Position numbers and translations under genes: made by a program. The notes below the pieces were generated by a model, which saw nothing but the letters and a program-made list of their open reading frames with translations, did not search any database and had not been told where the DNA came from. From a virus (lineage: Duplodnaviria > Heunggongvirae > Uroviricota > Caudoviricetes): 39,711 nt of DNA. The stretch lies in the IMG/VR virus record IMGVR_UViG_2563366967_000006; one strand, 5' to 3'. This document shows, piece after piece, positions 1 through 8,306 of this stretch (position 1 is the first letter of the stretch; each line of letters opens with the position of its first letter).

Positions 1-1143
1 CTATGCTGTTTTGATATCTACGATAATCCAGTCTTTACCACGATCATCATTGTATCGGTCGGTCATTTTTCTGGATTTATGGCCTAACAACTTTTGCGTA
101 TCCAGACCCTGTTCCCGATATAACCGTTCTGACAGAGATCGCTGCTCATGAAATGTGGGCGCAGTTCCTTGCTCCCATTTTATGCCACATTTTTCCCGGG
201 CCTTTTTAAAAGCCGTTGTCAGAGTATTTGCAGAAACCTGGTCTCCTCTGTTTGCTTGAGAGGTAGTGTGACGGTAATGGACCAGATATTTACTAACAAC
301 AGCATCCCTGCACTGAGATATAACTTCACGAAGGGTAATATTCAGAGCATCGCATTTCAGGTTAAGCGGAATAGCAAGTTTTGAACCGGTTTTTTCCTGA
401 GTAATGTGCAACATGTCGTCCCATATATCAGAGAATTTCAAATTGCAGATATCGCCTAAACGTTGTCCAGTAACAAGAGCAAGTAGCATGCCGCATTTTA
501 AATAGGGCTGCCGTCTGCTTACGCTGTCAAATATTGCCTGCCATTCGGGCAGTGATAATCTTTGGCGGTTTACTCGATTTCGCGGTTGTTTTGTTGCCTG
601 CGCTGGGTTAAATCCTGGCGGAACATGTCCTGCGTGTTGTGCTTCTTTGAAGACGTCGATTAACACCATTCTCACGACTTGCGCCATCCTGTTATGACCT
701 TCAGCCTTTACAGCATCAATTATTTCGGCAATATCAAGTGCGGTAATATCCTTGAGGTGTTGTATTCCACAATGCTCACGGAAAAGACGAATGGGTTTGC
801 CTTTTTGCCGATAGGAGTTGGGTCTTAGTTCATTATGTTGCAGCCTGTCCTCCTGGATAGAAATATATTTATCAAGCCATTCTGTCACCGTAATGTCTGA
901 GCGCCTGCCTTTCATTCTTTCCAGACGCTCATTGACGCTTAATATTTGTCGGGTACGTTGTTCAGCAATAATGGTATTTGCTTCAGTAGCAACTTGTTTT
1001 GCTTCATTCTCATCAGTTCCTAAGCTATGAAAACGACCGGATAGTGGATGTTTGTATTGCCAATATACCTTTCCGGTTCGCTTATCTAATTTGCAATATA
1101 AATTGGGTATAGAGATTTTGTGAGATCGGGGTCTAGCAGCCAT
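1..1143 (-). CDS. int: Tyrosine site-specific integrase (lambda Int family)
   Basis: 380-aa ORF; C-terminal block ...TFHEQRSLSERLY...LLGHKSRKMTDRYNDDRGKDW resembles the lambda Int catalytic region (R..H..Y). Overlaps the xis start, as is typical for int-xis. Confidence 0.9.
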   Translation of the reverse strand: MAARPRSHKISIPNLYCKLDKRTGKVYWQYKHPLSGRFHSLGTDENEAKQVATEANTIIAEQRTRQILSVNERLERMKGRRSDITVTEWLDKYISIQEDRLQHNELRPNSYRQKGKPIRLFREHCGIQHLKDITALDIAEIIDAVKAEGHNRMAQVVRMVLIDVFKEAQHAGHVPPGFNPAQATKQPRNRVNRQRLSLPEWQAIFDSVSRRQPYLKCGMLLALVTGQRLGDICNLKFSDIWDDMLHITQEKTGSKLAIPLNLKCDALNITLREVISQCRDAVVSKYLVHYRHTTSQANRGDQVSANTLTTAFKKAREKCGIKWEQGTAPTFHEQRSLSERLYREQGLDTQKLLGHKSRKMTDRYNDDRGKDWIIVDIKTA

Positions 1144-1369
1144 CAGCGATTATCCGTTGGAGTTTTGGGTTTGCGTTTATTGGGAGTTGCGGTTCTGCAA
1201 GCGTTCCTACAAAACGGGAATTTCGGTCAATCATCCAGTAGCGACCAACTTTTATAGCGGGTGGGGCCATCATTTTCCCTTGCGCGTATTTTTTCAGAAC
1301 TCGCTCACTTGGTGCTAAGTCCCCAAATTCTTCTTTAGCCCAGTCCTGTAAAGTGATTAGTCGAGACAT
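1133..1369 (-). CDS. xis: Excisionase
   Basis: 78-aa ORF immediately upstream of int and overlapping it by 11 nt; small basic protein in the canonical xis position. Confidence 0.65.
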   Translation of the reverse strand: MSRLITLQDWAKEEFGDLAPSERVLKKYAQGKMMAPPAIKVGRYWMIDRNSRFVGTLAEPQLPINANPKLQRIIADGC

Positions 1370-1508
1370 TTGTCCTCCTCTTAGCTGCTGAGGGAGTTTG
1401 TGACCGATATATCTGACATGATATTAAGCTCATGGCAGGTACATCTCTTGACTGGTCATAGAGATAAATTTAATGCTGAGAAATGCAGTATTGAATTTAT
1501 CAATTTTT

Positions 1509-1748
1509 CTATTTCCTGCGCATGTCACGTAACTTCTTAATGTGTTCTGCCGTTTCGATCTCTTCTGCTATCCGATCTGCATCAGCTTTATTCACAGGTT
1601 CAAAGTCATGATTAAAGCGGAACATGCTGGCGATACATGTTCTGCCTTTTCGGATGTAGTGAACTTTGTTGTGGGTAGAACGCAGGATTTTGCAGGGAGT
1701 GCCGTGGTGGTCGACGTACCAGGTGTTAGGGTCAATCACTCTGAACAT
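1509..1748 (-). CDS. Hypothetical prophage protein (79 aa)
   Basis: ORF in the leftward accessory block between xis and exo; no motif recognised. Confidence 0.45.
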   Translation of the reverse strand: MFRVIDPNTWYVDHHGTPCKILRSTHNKVHYIRKGRTCIASMFRFNHDFEPVNKADADRIAEEIETAEHIKKLRDMRRK

Positions 1749-2061
1749 TCTTGACCTTGTGTTGTGCGGATTGATATTCAGTGCTGATATTCACCTTTAT
1801 AGCGAACACCTTTACCGGTTTATCGCCAAAGTGCGGATGTGTGATTGTCTTCACTTCATATCCGTCATACGGAACATCAATTCTGCGACTGGAATCGTCG
1901 CGCTTCGGATATCCCTTTGTGATAATCAGGCGGTCATATTCCCGGAACATAATTCGCTTATTCCAGTAGTCATTACACAAGCGATACTCTTCCGTTTTCT
2001 CTCCGCGAATCATGGCATCGAAGTATTCACTTTTAACAGCAAGTTGCAGGTTAGCCATCAC
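1732..2061 (-). CDS. Hypothetical prophage protein (109 aa)
   Basis: ORF co-oriented with neighbours; short overlap with the adjacent ORF suggests operon packing. Confidence 0.45.
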   Translation of the reverse strand: MMANLQLAVKSEYFDAMIRGEKTEEYRLCNDYWNKRIMFREYDRLIITKGYPKRDDSSRRIDVPYDGYEVKTITHPHFGDKPVKVFAIKVNISTEYQSAQHKVKNVQSD

Positions 2062-2279
2062 TTAATCCCCCTTTGTTTGCGGATAAGCTCCAGATCTTGC
2101 TGGCAACTGGCGCAAGTACGACAACCCTGAACGGCCAGGCGTCTTCGTTCATCTATCGGATCGCCACACTCACAACAATGAGTGGCAGATACAGCCAGGT
2201 AGTTCAGGCGGCGCATTTTTATTGCTGTGTTGCGCTGTAATTCTTCTATTTCTGATGCTGAATCAATGATGTCTGCCAT
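2058..2279 (-). CDS. TraR/DksA-type C4 zinc-finger protein
   Basis: 73-aa ORF with CxxC...CxxC (HCCECGD...CRTCASC), as in phage TraR/DksA-family zinc fingers. Confidence 0.55.
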   Translation of the reverse strand: MADIIDSASEIEELQRNTAIKMRRLNYLAVSATHCCECGDPIDERRRLAVQGCRTCASCQQDLELIRKQRGIK

Positions 2280-2325
2280 CTTTCATTAATCCCTGAACTG
2301 TTGGTTAATACGCTTGAGGGCGAAT

Positions 2326-2356
2326 GCGAATAATAAAAAAGGAGCCTGTAGCTCCA
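2326..2356 (-). terminator. Putative intrinsic terminator (minus strand)
   Basis: Plus strand reads aataataaaaaaggagcctgtagctcc; on the minus strand this is a GGAGC/GCTCC hairpin followed by a T-run, just downstream of the 2378-2659 ORF. Confidence 0.4.
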
Positions 2357-2377
2357 TGATGATTTTGTTTTTCATGT

Positions 2378-2659
2378 TCACCGTTCCTTAAAGACGCCGT
2401 TTAACATGCCGATCGCCAGGCTTAAATGAGTCGGTGTGAATCCCATCAGCGTTACCGTTTCGCGGTGCTTCTTCAGTACGCTACGGCAAATGTCATCGAC
2501 GTTTTTATCCGGAAACTGCTGTCTGGCTTTTTTGATTTCATAATTAGCCTGACGGGCAATACTGCGAAGGGCGTTTTCTTGCTGAGGTGTCATTGAACAA
2601 GTCCCATGTCGGCAAGCATAAGCACACAGAATATGAAGCCCGCTGCCAGAAAAATGCAT
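2378..2659 (-). CDS. Hypothetical prophage protein (start may be the internal Met near 2593)
   Basis: ORF in the leftward operon; the internal Met (MTPQQENALRS...) would give about 71 aa. Confidence 0.4.
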   Translation of the reverse strand: MHFSGSGLHILCAYACRHGTCSMTPQQENALRSIARQANYEIKKARQQFPDKNVDDICRSVLKKHRETVTLMGFTPTHLSLAIGMLNGVFKER

Positions 2660-3012
2660 TCAGTGGTTGTCATACCTGGTCTCTCTCATCTGCTTCTGCT
2701 TTCGCCACCATCATTTCCAGCTTTTGTGAAAGGGATGTGGCTAACGTATGAAATTCTTAGTCTGTTTCTACTGGTATTGGCACAAACCTGACTCCAATTT
2801 GAGCGAGGCTATGTGCCATCTCGATACTCGTTCTTAACTCAACGGGAGATGCTTTGTGCATACAGCCCCTCGTTTATTATTTATCTCCTAAGCCAGCCGC
2901 TGGGCTTTCAGTGGATTTTGGATAACAGAAAGGCCGGGAAATACCCAGTCTCGCTTTGTAACGGAGTAGATGAAAGTGATCGCGCCTACCCGGATATTAT
3001 CGTGAGGGTGCG

Positions 3013-3693
3013 TCATCGCCATTGCTCCCCAAATACAAAACCAATTTCAGCCAGTGCCTCGTCCATTTTTTCGATGAACTCCGGCACCATCTCGTCAAAA
3101 CTCGCCATGTACTTTTCATCCCGCTCAACCACGACATAATGCAGTCCTTCACGCTTCATACGCGGGTCATAGTTGGCAAAGTACCAGGCATCTTTTCGTG
3201 TTACCCACATGCTGTACTGCACCTGGGCCATGTAAGCCGACTTTATGGCCTCGAAACCACCGAGCCGGAACTTCATGAAATCCCGGGAGGTAAACGGGCA
3301 TTTCAGCTCAAGGCCATTGCCGTCACTGCATAAACCATCGGGAGAGCAGGCGGTGCGCATACTTTCGTCGCGATAGATGATCGGGGATTCAGTAACATTC
3401 ACGCCGGAAGTGAATTCAAACAGGGTTCTGGCGTCGTTCTCGTACTGTTTTCCCCAGGCCAGCGCCTTAGCATTAACTTCCGGAGCCACACCGGTGCAAA
3501 CCTCAGCCAGCAGGGTGTGGAAGTAGGACATTTTCATGTCAGGCCACTTCTTTCCGGAGCGGGGTTTTGCTATCACGTTGTGAACTTCTGAAGCGGTGAT
3601 GACGCCGAGCCGTAATTTGTGCCACGCATCATCCCCCTGTTCGACAGCTCTCACATCGATCCCGGTACGCTGCAGGATAATGTCCGGTGTCAT
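3013..3693 (-). CDS. exo: Lambda exonuclease (Red-alpha)
   Basis: 226-aa translation ([30 protein letters not shown]...) is near-identical to lambda Exo as I recall it. Confidence 0.95.
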   Translation of the reverse strand: MTPDIILQRTGIDVRAVEQGDDAWHKLRLGVITASEVHNVIAKPRSGKKWPDMKMSYFHTLLAEVCTGVAPEVNAKALAWGKQYENDARTLFEFTSGVNVTESPIIYRDESMRTACSPDGLCSDGNGLELKCPFTSRDFMKFRLGGFEAIKSAYMAQVQYSMWVTRKDAWYFANYDPRMKREGLHYVVVERDEKYMASFDEMVPEFIEKMDEALAEIGFVFGEQWR

Positions 3694-4475
3694 GCTGCCA
3701 CCTTCTGCTCTGCGGCTTTCTGTTTCAGGAATCCAAGAGCTTTTACTGCTTCGGCCTGTGTCAGTTCTGACGATGCACGAATGTCGCGGCGAAATATCTG
3801 GGAACAGAGTGGCAATAAGTCGTCATCCCATGTTTTATCCAGGGCGATCAGCAGAGTGTTAATCTCCTGCATGGTTTCATCGTTAACCGGAGTGATGTCG
3901 CGTTCCGGCTGGCGTTCTGCAGTGTATGCAGTATTTTCGACAATGCGCTCGGCTTCATCCTTGTCATAGATACCAGCAAATCCGAAGGCCAGACGGGCAC
4001 ACTGAATCATGGCTTTATGCCGTAACATTCGTTTGGGATGCGACTGCCACGGCCCCGTGATTTCTCTGCCTTCGCGAGTTTTGAATGGTTCGCGGCGGCA
4101 TTCATCCATCCATTCGGTAACGCAGATCGGATGATTACGGTCCTTGCGGTAAATCCGGCATGTACAGGATTCATTGTCCTGTTCAAAGTCCATGCCGTCA
4201 AACTGCTGGTTTTCGTTGATGATGCGGGACCAGCCATCAACGCCCACCACCGGAACGATGCCGTTCTGCTTATCAGGGAAGGCGTAAATTTCTTTCGTCC
4301 ACGGATTAAGGCCGTATTGGTTGGCGACGATCAGCAATGCGATGAACTGCGCATCGCTGGCATCGCCTTTAAATGCTGTCTGGCGAAGAGTGGTGATCAG
4401 TTCCTGTGGGTCGACAGAATCCATGCCGACACGTTCAGCCAGCTTCCCTGCCAGCGTTGCGAGTGCTGTACTCAT
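3690..4475 (-). CDS. bet: Red-beta single-strand annealing protein
   Basis: 261-aa translation ([59 protein letters not shown]...) matches lambda Bet; overlaps exo by 4 nt. Confidence 0.95.
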   Translation of the reverse strand: MSTALATLAGKLAERVGMDSVDPQELITTLRQTAFKGDASDAQFIALLIVANQYGLNPWTKEIYAFPDKQNGIVPVVGVDGWSRIINENQQFDGMDFEQDNESCTCRIYRKDRNHPICVTEWMDECRREPFKTREGREITGPWQSHPKRMLRHKAMIQCARLAFGFAGIYDKDEAERIVENTAYTAERQPERDITPVNDETMQEINTLLIALDKTWDDDLLPLCSQIFRRDIRASSELTQAEAVKALGFLKQKAAEQKVAA

Positions 4476-4480
4476 CCGTT

Positions 4481-4777
4481 TTATACCTCTGAATCAATAT
4501 CAACCTGATGGTGAGCAATGGTTTCAACCATGTACCGGATGTGTTCTGCCATGCGCTCCTGAAACTCAACATCGTCATCAAACGCACGGGTAATGGCTTT
4601 TTTGCTGGCCCCGTGGCGTTGCAAATGATCGATGCATAGCGATTCAAACAGGTGCTGGGGCAGGCCTTTTTCCATGTCGTCTGCCAGTTCTGCCTCTTTC
4701 TCTTCACGGGCGATCTGCTGGTAGTGACGCGCCCAGCTTTGAGCCTCAAGACGATCCTGAATGTAATAAGCGTTCAT
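4481..4777 (-). CDS. gam: Gam, host RecBCD nuclease inhibitor
   Basis: 98-aa translation ([21 protein letters not shown]...[10 protein letters not shown]) matches the short form of lambda Gam. Confidence 0.9.
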   Translation of the reverse strand: MNAYYIQDRLEAQSWARHYQQIAREEKEAELADDMEKGLPQHLFESLCIDHLQRHGASKKAITRAFDDDVEFQERMAEHIRYMVETIAHHQVDIDSEV

Positions 4778-4852
4778 GGCTGAACTCCTGAAAATGGCTG
4801 TGAAAATATCGCCCGCTAAATGCCAGGCTGATTAGGAAAACAGGAAAGGGGA

Positions 4853-5263
4853 TTAGTGATTCAGGCCGTTACCGCGTCCGTCGAGAAAAACTTCCACGAG
4901 CAAATCACGGGTATAAGTGCGCTCGATGCCGCGATGCAGATAAAGCCGTCCGCGTAAATTAGCTGATGCAGTCCAGGTACCATCTTTGTGTTTGACCAGC
5001 ATTCCTGGCATGACCGCACCTCGATTAACGGTCTGCGTTCCGTAATGTTGATGAACCATAAAAACTCCTGCCCGTAAGCTGGGCTGCTGAACATATAGAG
5101 ACTTCTGCGCGTATTCAGGCGGTGGATGGCCGCCGGTTGTCATAACTAAGCCGCCTCGTTGAAGCGACTGAGGTATGAGGTGTTGAGTTGATTTCAGCTG
5201 GTCACACCGACGTTCACACGTCCGTTTCACCCCTCGCACTCCCCGGAGCCTGCTGAAATTCAA
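4853..5263 (-). CDS. Hypothetical early-leftward protein; TTG start at 5263 or ATG start at about 5143 (96 aa)
   Basis: Only ORF between gam and the OL/PL-like operator cluster, where lambda carries kil-cIII-ral-N. The 5263 start is TTG; an in-frame ATG at about 5143 has a GAGG upstream. Arg-rich N-terminal extension. Confidence 0.35.
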   Translation of the reverse strand: MNFSRLRGVRGVKRTCERRCDQLKSTQHLIPQSLQRGGLVMTTGGHPPPEYAQKSLYVQQPSLRAGVFMVHQHYGTQTVNRGAVMPGMLVKHKDGTWTASANLRGRLYLHRGIERTYTRDLLVEVFLDGRGNGLNH

Positions 5264-5490
5264 GCTGCGGATCTAAGCGGTCATCGCAACGGTGAATCAG
5301 GTGGTTGCCGTATCGTTGTGTTGTTGCGATGAACTCATTTAAAACTATAGTTGTTTTACCGTCAACAACAAAAGTTGTTTCATTGGTTGTTTTAGATATA
5401 ACTGGTTGTATTTAGGATGGATTTATTTTGTGACTTGCATCGCATAGCGATAACTGAAGCGGGGGGTATGGTGGTTTTTTGAACGGTGTG
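5264..5490. promoter_or_regulatory. OL/PL-like operator-promoter cluster
   Basis: Several GGTTGT/ACAACC half-sites and inverted repeats (gttgtt...aacaac, aacaacaaaagttgtt, tggttgtt, ctggttgta), the same half-site as in the cI-cro intergenic region. Confidence 0.45.
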
Positions 5491-5499
5491 TGATGAGGG

Positions 5500-5528
5500 G
5501 AGGCAAAAGAAAACCCGGCACGACGGCC
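5500..5528 (-). terminator. Putative intrinsic terminator downstream of the membrane-protein gene
   Basis: Plus strand reads gcaaaagaaaacccggcacgacggccggg; on the minus strand this is a CCCGGC/GCCGGG hairpin followed by TTTTCTTTTG, directly after the stop at 5540. Confidence 0.5.
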
Positions 5529-5539
5529 GGGGAGGGGGG

Positions 5540-6046
5540 TCATTTTAATCTATCAAGGAGTGACTCTCTTTCCTTCTTCTCTGATTCTCTTCGGTTTAAT
5601 AACGCTTTAAACTCTTGAAGCTCAACCATTATTTTATGAACGAATACACTGGTATAGAGAGAAATAAAGAGTAATCCACCTGAAATTTTTAAGACCCTGA
5701 AGAGTAGGGCTTGATCATTTGTGCTTGCTATTAACCCCAAGATTACAAACAAAGTTGAAAATACATAGAAAGCTAATAATAAAACCAATTTCAGTCTCTT
5801 GGATTTGACTATTGGCACTAATCGCCTAACCTCACTAGGGGTTAAAGACGAGTGGTCATTGGCCTCATTTGCCTTAAAAATGGCTTGTATACAATATGAT
5901 AATGGCAATTGCATGAGTCCAACCACAGCCCACGGAGCAGTTAGGACAACACCCGGTGTAATATAGCCCAATGCTGACTTGAACAAAAAGTAACCAGCAA
6001 AATAGAAGACCAACATACCAATAAGGTGGATGATGTTCGATTTCAT
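5540..6046 (-). CDS. Unknown multi-pass membrane protein (168 aa, about 4 hydrophobic segments, charged C-terminal tail), second gene of the cassette in the rexB position
   Basis: Four long hydrophobic stretches followed by a charged tail (RRESEKKERESLLDRLK). Strong RBS (aaaaggaggg) 21 nt after the upstream gene's stop. AT-rich. Confidence 0.8.
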   Translation of the reverse strand: MKSNIIHLIGMLVFYFAGYFLFKSALGYITPGVVLTAPWAVVGLMQLPLSYCIQAIFKANEANDHSSLTPSEVRRLVPIVKSKRLKLVLLLAFYVFSTLFVILGLIASTNDQALLFRVLKISGGLLFISLYTSVFVHKIMVELQEFKALLNRRESEKKERESLLDRLK

Positions 6047-6067
6047 TATCGCCCTCCTTTTGGTAGG

Positions 6068-7090
6068 TTATTTTGCAACCAATTCTCCGGCATCAAGTTT
6101 TGAGAACAGCCACTTATGCATTTTTAAGAATAAATCATTTTCATCAATAATGCCATTGTTATATTCAACGCTAATTTTTCCGGATAATTTTATCTCTTTT
6201 CCCGTTATTTCCCCACCGCCTTGAAGTTTGATGCTAATATCATCCTCATCTAGATGTCGTAGTGAGGTAGCAATACTGTCTATAACAGCTTGACCGCTAT
6301 CATTTGTTTTTCTGAAGTATGTAATCTCGAGGCTTACTTGTAAATTGGCCTCATCTAATGAATCTTTAATGTTTATATCATTTGCCCAGTTATCGCCAAA
6401 AAATGCTTTTAGTAGCGCACCTCCTTTCCCTATTGGGCGGTATTTTATTGTCTTCACCGAACCATTTGAAAAGGAGGGTGTTTGGTTCTCTGAATTTTTA
6501 ACTTCTGAAGTAATGGGTAATCCACCAATTTTTATGCTCTTGGCTGGTGCTTTCTCCATTTTTTTCATCGTTTCTTCGGATGGCTTATCTTGAAGCATTA
6601 ACACAGATTCTTTTTCATCTGTGAATGTATTAATTAGCCAATTCAAATGCGCCTCAAGCTCCCTTGCTCGAAGCGATGTGGATTGAACGATCATGACATG
6701 GTTGTTTAGTACACCAAAATATAAAATTGAATCTACAAACTCTCTTTTTTTGTCACTACGTTTATCTCCATCAATAATTATATCATTAGACGTGATGGAG
6801 TTAATGTCATAAAATTTAACATTATCACTAAGCTCTAATAGAGACTGGCTTTTGTCTTTTTCAAATAAAACCAGTTGCCCAAAAAGTATAGTTTTGTATG
6901 TGTCGCTTTTATTTAAGAAACGATACCCCGAATTTTCATCTGAAGGTGTTATTTTTTCTTGTCTACTAAGTACTTTTTCTGCAACGCCGCCCTCACCTAT
7001 AATACTAAGTAGTATGTTTTGTAATGATGATTTGCTGTGTGGGATTACTGCTTTTTTATAATGAACGACTTTTTGTCTGTTATCTTTCAT
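6068..7090 (-). CDS. Unknown soluble protein (340 aa), first gene of the cassette in the rexA position
   Basis: ATG at 7090; immediately downstream of cI on the same strand. Lys/Asn/Ser-rich and AT-rich; no P-loop or nuclease motif seen by eye. Confidence 0.8.
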   Translation of the reverse strand: MKDNRQKVVHYKKAVIPHSKSSLQNILLSIIGEGGVAEKVLSRQEKITPSDENSGYRFLNKSDTYKTILFGQLVLFEKDKSQSLLELSDNVKFYDINSITSNDIIIDGDKRSDKKREFVDSILYFGVLNNHVMIVQSTSLRARELEAHLNWLINTFTDEKESVLMLQDKPSEETMKKMEKAPAKSIKIGGLPITSEVKNSENQTPSFSNGSVKTIKYRPIGKGGALLKAFFGDNWANDINIKDSLDEANLQVSLEITYFRKTNDSGQAVIDSIATSLRHLDEDDISIKLQGGGEITGKEIKLSGKISVEYNNGIIDENDLFLKMHKWLFSKLDAGELVAK

Positions 7091-7147
7091 TGCTATAGTC
7101 CAACTAGTATTGAATAAATAAACACAGTAAAGACATAAAAATTTCTT

Positions 7148-7177
7148 ATAGCTACCGATAACGTAATCGGTAGCTAT
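7148..7177. repeat. Perfect 12-bp inverted repeat with 6-nt spacer (atagctaccgat-aacgta-atcggtagctat)
   Basis: Read directly from the sequence between the cI stop (7213) and the 340-aa gene start (7090); on the minus strand a short T-run (AAGAAATTTTTATG) follows. Confidence 0.55.
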
Positions 7178-7212
7178 TACAAATCAACCAAAGGTAATTC
7201 TTTACATACTAC

Positions 7213-7902
7213 CTACCCATGCTTCCTGTAGGTCTGCGGCATGCTCCCAATAACTTTCCCGAAGATAAACACCCGGTTCATCTCGTCTTTCTCAATTGGG
7301 TCCCACGGCGAGTAGCTCTTGTTATCAGAGATAACCAGTAGCTTATCCTTCATCATTTGCAGGCGCTTTACATGGGCTGTGTCGTCGTACAGAAACGCAT
7401 AGATACCATCACCGTCGAAAGATTTAACTGTGATATCAACGAACAGCAGATCACCTGGTTCGATCGTTCCTGACATGCTGTCACCACGCACGTTAATGAT
7501 GCGGATATTTTCCGCCTTCCTACCATCGAACATGTGACGAGCATCGTCAAACGAGTACTCAACCGAGCGTAGAACTTCTACAAACTCACGGTTGATGACT
7601 CCCGGCCCAGCACTGACTTCTATATCAAGAACGTCAATCTTAAAGTATTTGGAATGGCTGACAGTTGATAGTATTGGTTGCACTGTACTGTCTGACATAT
7701 TTCCAACGCCAGAAGATAACCATTCTGCGCGCACACCCAAAGCGTTCGCGATCTCCACGATTTTAGTTGTTTGGTTAGCTTTCCCTGTTTCGATTTTCTG
7801 AATAGCAGCTTGGCTAACCCCGACCAAATCCCCAAGCGCCTTTTGTGTAAGGCCTCGCGCTAATCTGGCTTCTTTAAGTCTTTCTGAGAGTGTTGTTTTC
7901 AT
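7213..7902 (-). CDS. cI: CI-type prophage repressor (HTH plus S24/LexA-like peptidase)
   Basis: N-terminal HTH (LTQKALGDLVGVSQAAIQKIETGK) and C-terminal peptidase-like domain with GDSM. The likely start is the internal ATG at 7902 (MKTTLSERL...); the ORF track extends to 7968. Not lambda cI. Confidence 0.85.
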   Translation of the reverse strand: MKTTLSERLKEARLARGLTQKALGDLVGVSQAAIQKIETGKANQTTKIVEIANALGVRAEWLSSGVGNMSDSTVQPILSTVSHSKYFKIDVLDIEVSAGPGVINREFVEVLRSVEYSFDDARHMFDGRKAENIRIINVRGDSMSGTIEPGDLLFVDITVKSFDGDGIYAFLYDDTAHVKRLQMMKDKLLVISDNKSYSPWDPIEKDEMNRVFIFGKVIGSMPQTYRKHG

Positions 7903-8006
7903 AGTCCAAATGTACAACCAAGGTTTTATTCCATCAAACGAAAATGGTTGTTGACTAAAAACAACCATAGTTTTAATCTTGATTCAAATTAACCACGGAG
8001 GTTGTT
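7903..8006. promoter_or_regulatory. OR/PRM/PR-like divergent operator-promoter region
   Basis: Inverted repeat ATGGTTGTT-7 nt-AACAACCAT at 7944-7968 overlapping a TTGACT -35-like hexamer, plus further ACAACCA/GGTTGTT half-sites near 7914-7925 and 7990-8005; RBS ggagg before the cro-like start. Confidence 0.55.
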
Positions 8007-8237
8007 ATGAACCCAGCTATCAAAACAGCGATCAATATCGTTGGTTCACAAAAGAAACTGGGCGCTGCCTGCGAAGTTTCACAGCAGGCCGTCTATAAGT
8101 GGCTTCACAACAAAGCAAAGGTATCCCCTGAACATGTCGGCAGCATTGTTACGGCTACTGGTGGAGTAGTGAAGGCATACCAGATTCGCCCGGATCTTCC
8201 GAAGTTGTTTCCACACACCGAAAAGAACGCAGCTTAA
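8007..8237 (+). CDS. Cro-like HTH regulator
   Basis: 76-aa ORF divergent from cI with an HTH-like stretch (QKKLGAACEVSQQAVYKW). Confidence 0.7.
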   Translation: MNPAIKTAINIVGSQKKLGAACEVSQQAVYKWLHNKAKVSPEHVGSIVTATGGVVKAYQIRPDLPKLFPHTEKNAA

Positions 8238-8306
8238 ATTTCCATTTCACGCTCTTTAACAATAAGCAATCAACTTAACAGTCAATTCAAACTAAAGGAG
8301 TCAATT

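Noticed and set aside
148-1030. Plus-strand ORFs (78 and 70 aa) inside the integrase gene
   Set aside because: Fully embedded antisense in int, with no RBS or conserved features.
2813-3333. Plus-strand ORFs (108 and 103 aa) at the 3' end of exo
   Set aside because: Overlap the conserved exo gene antisense; the part upstream of exo (2813-3012) has no convincing start or RBS. A small minus-strand gene in 2660-3012 is not excluded, but I could not support one.
4007-4749. ORFs of 77-156 aa on both strands within bet and gam
   Set aside because: Embedded in or antisense to the lambda-identical bet and gam frames.
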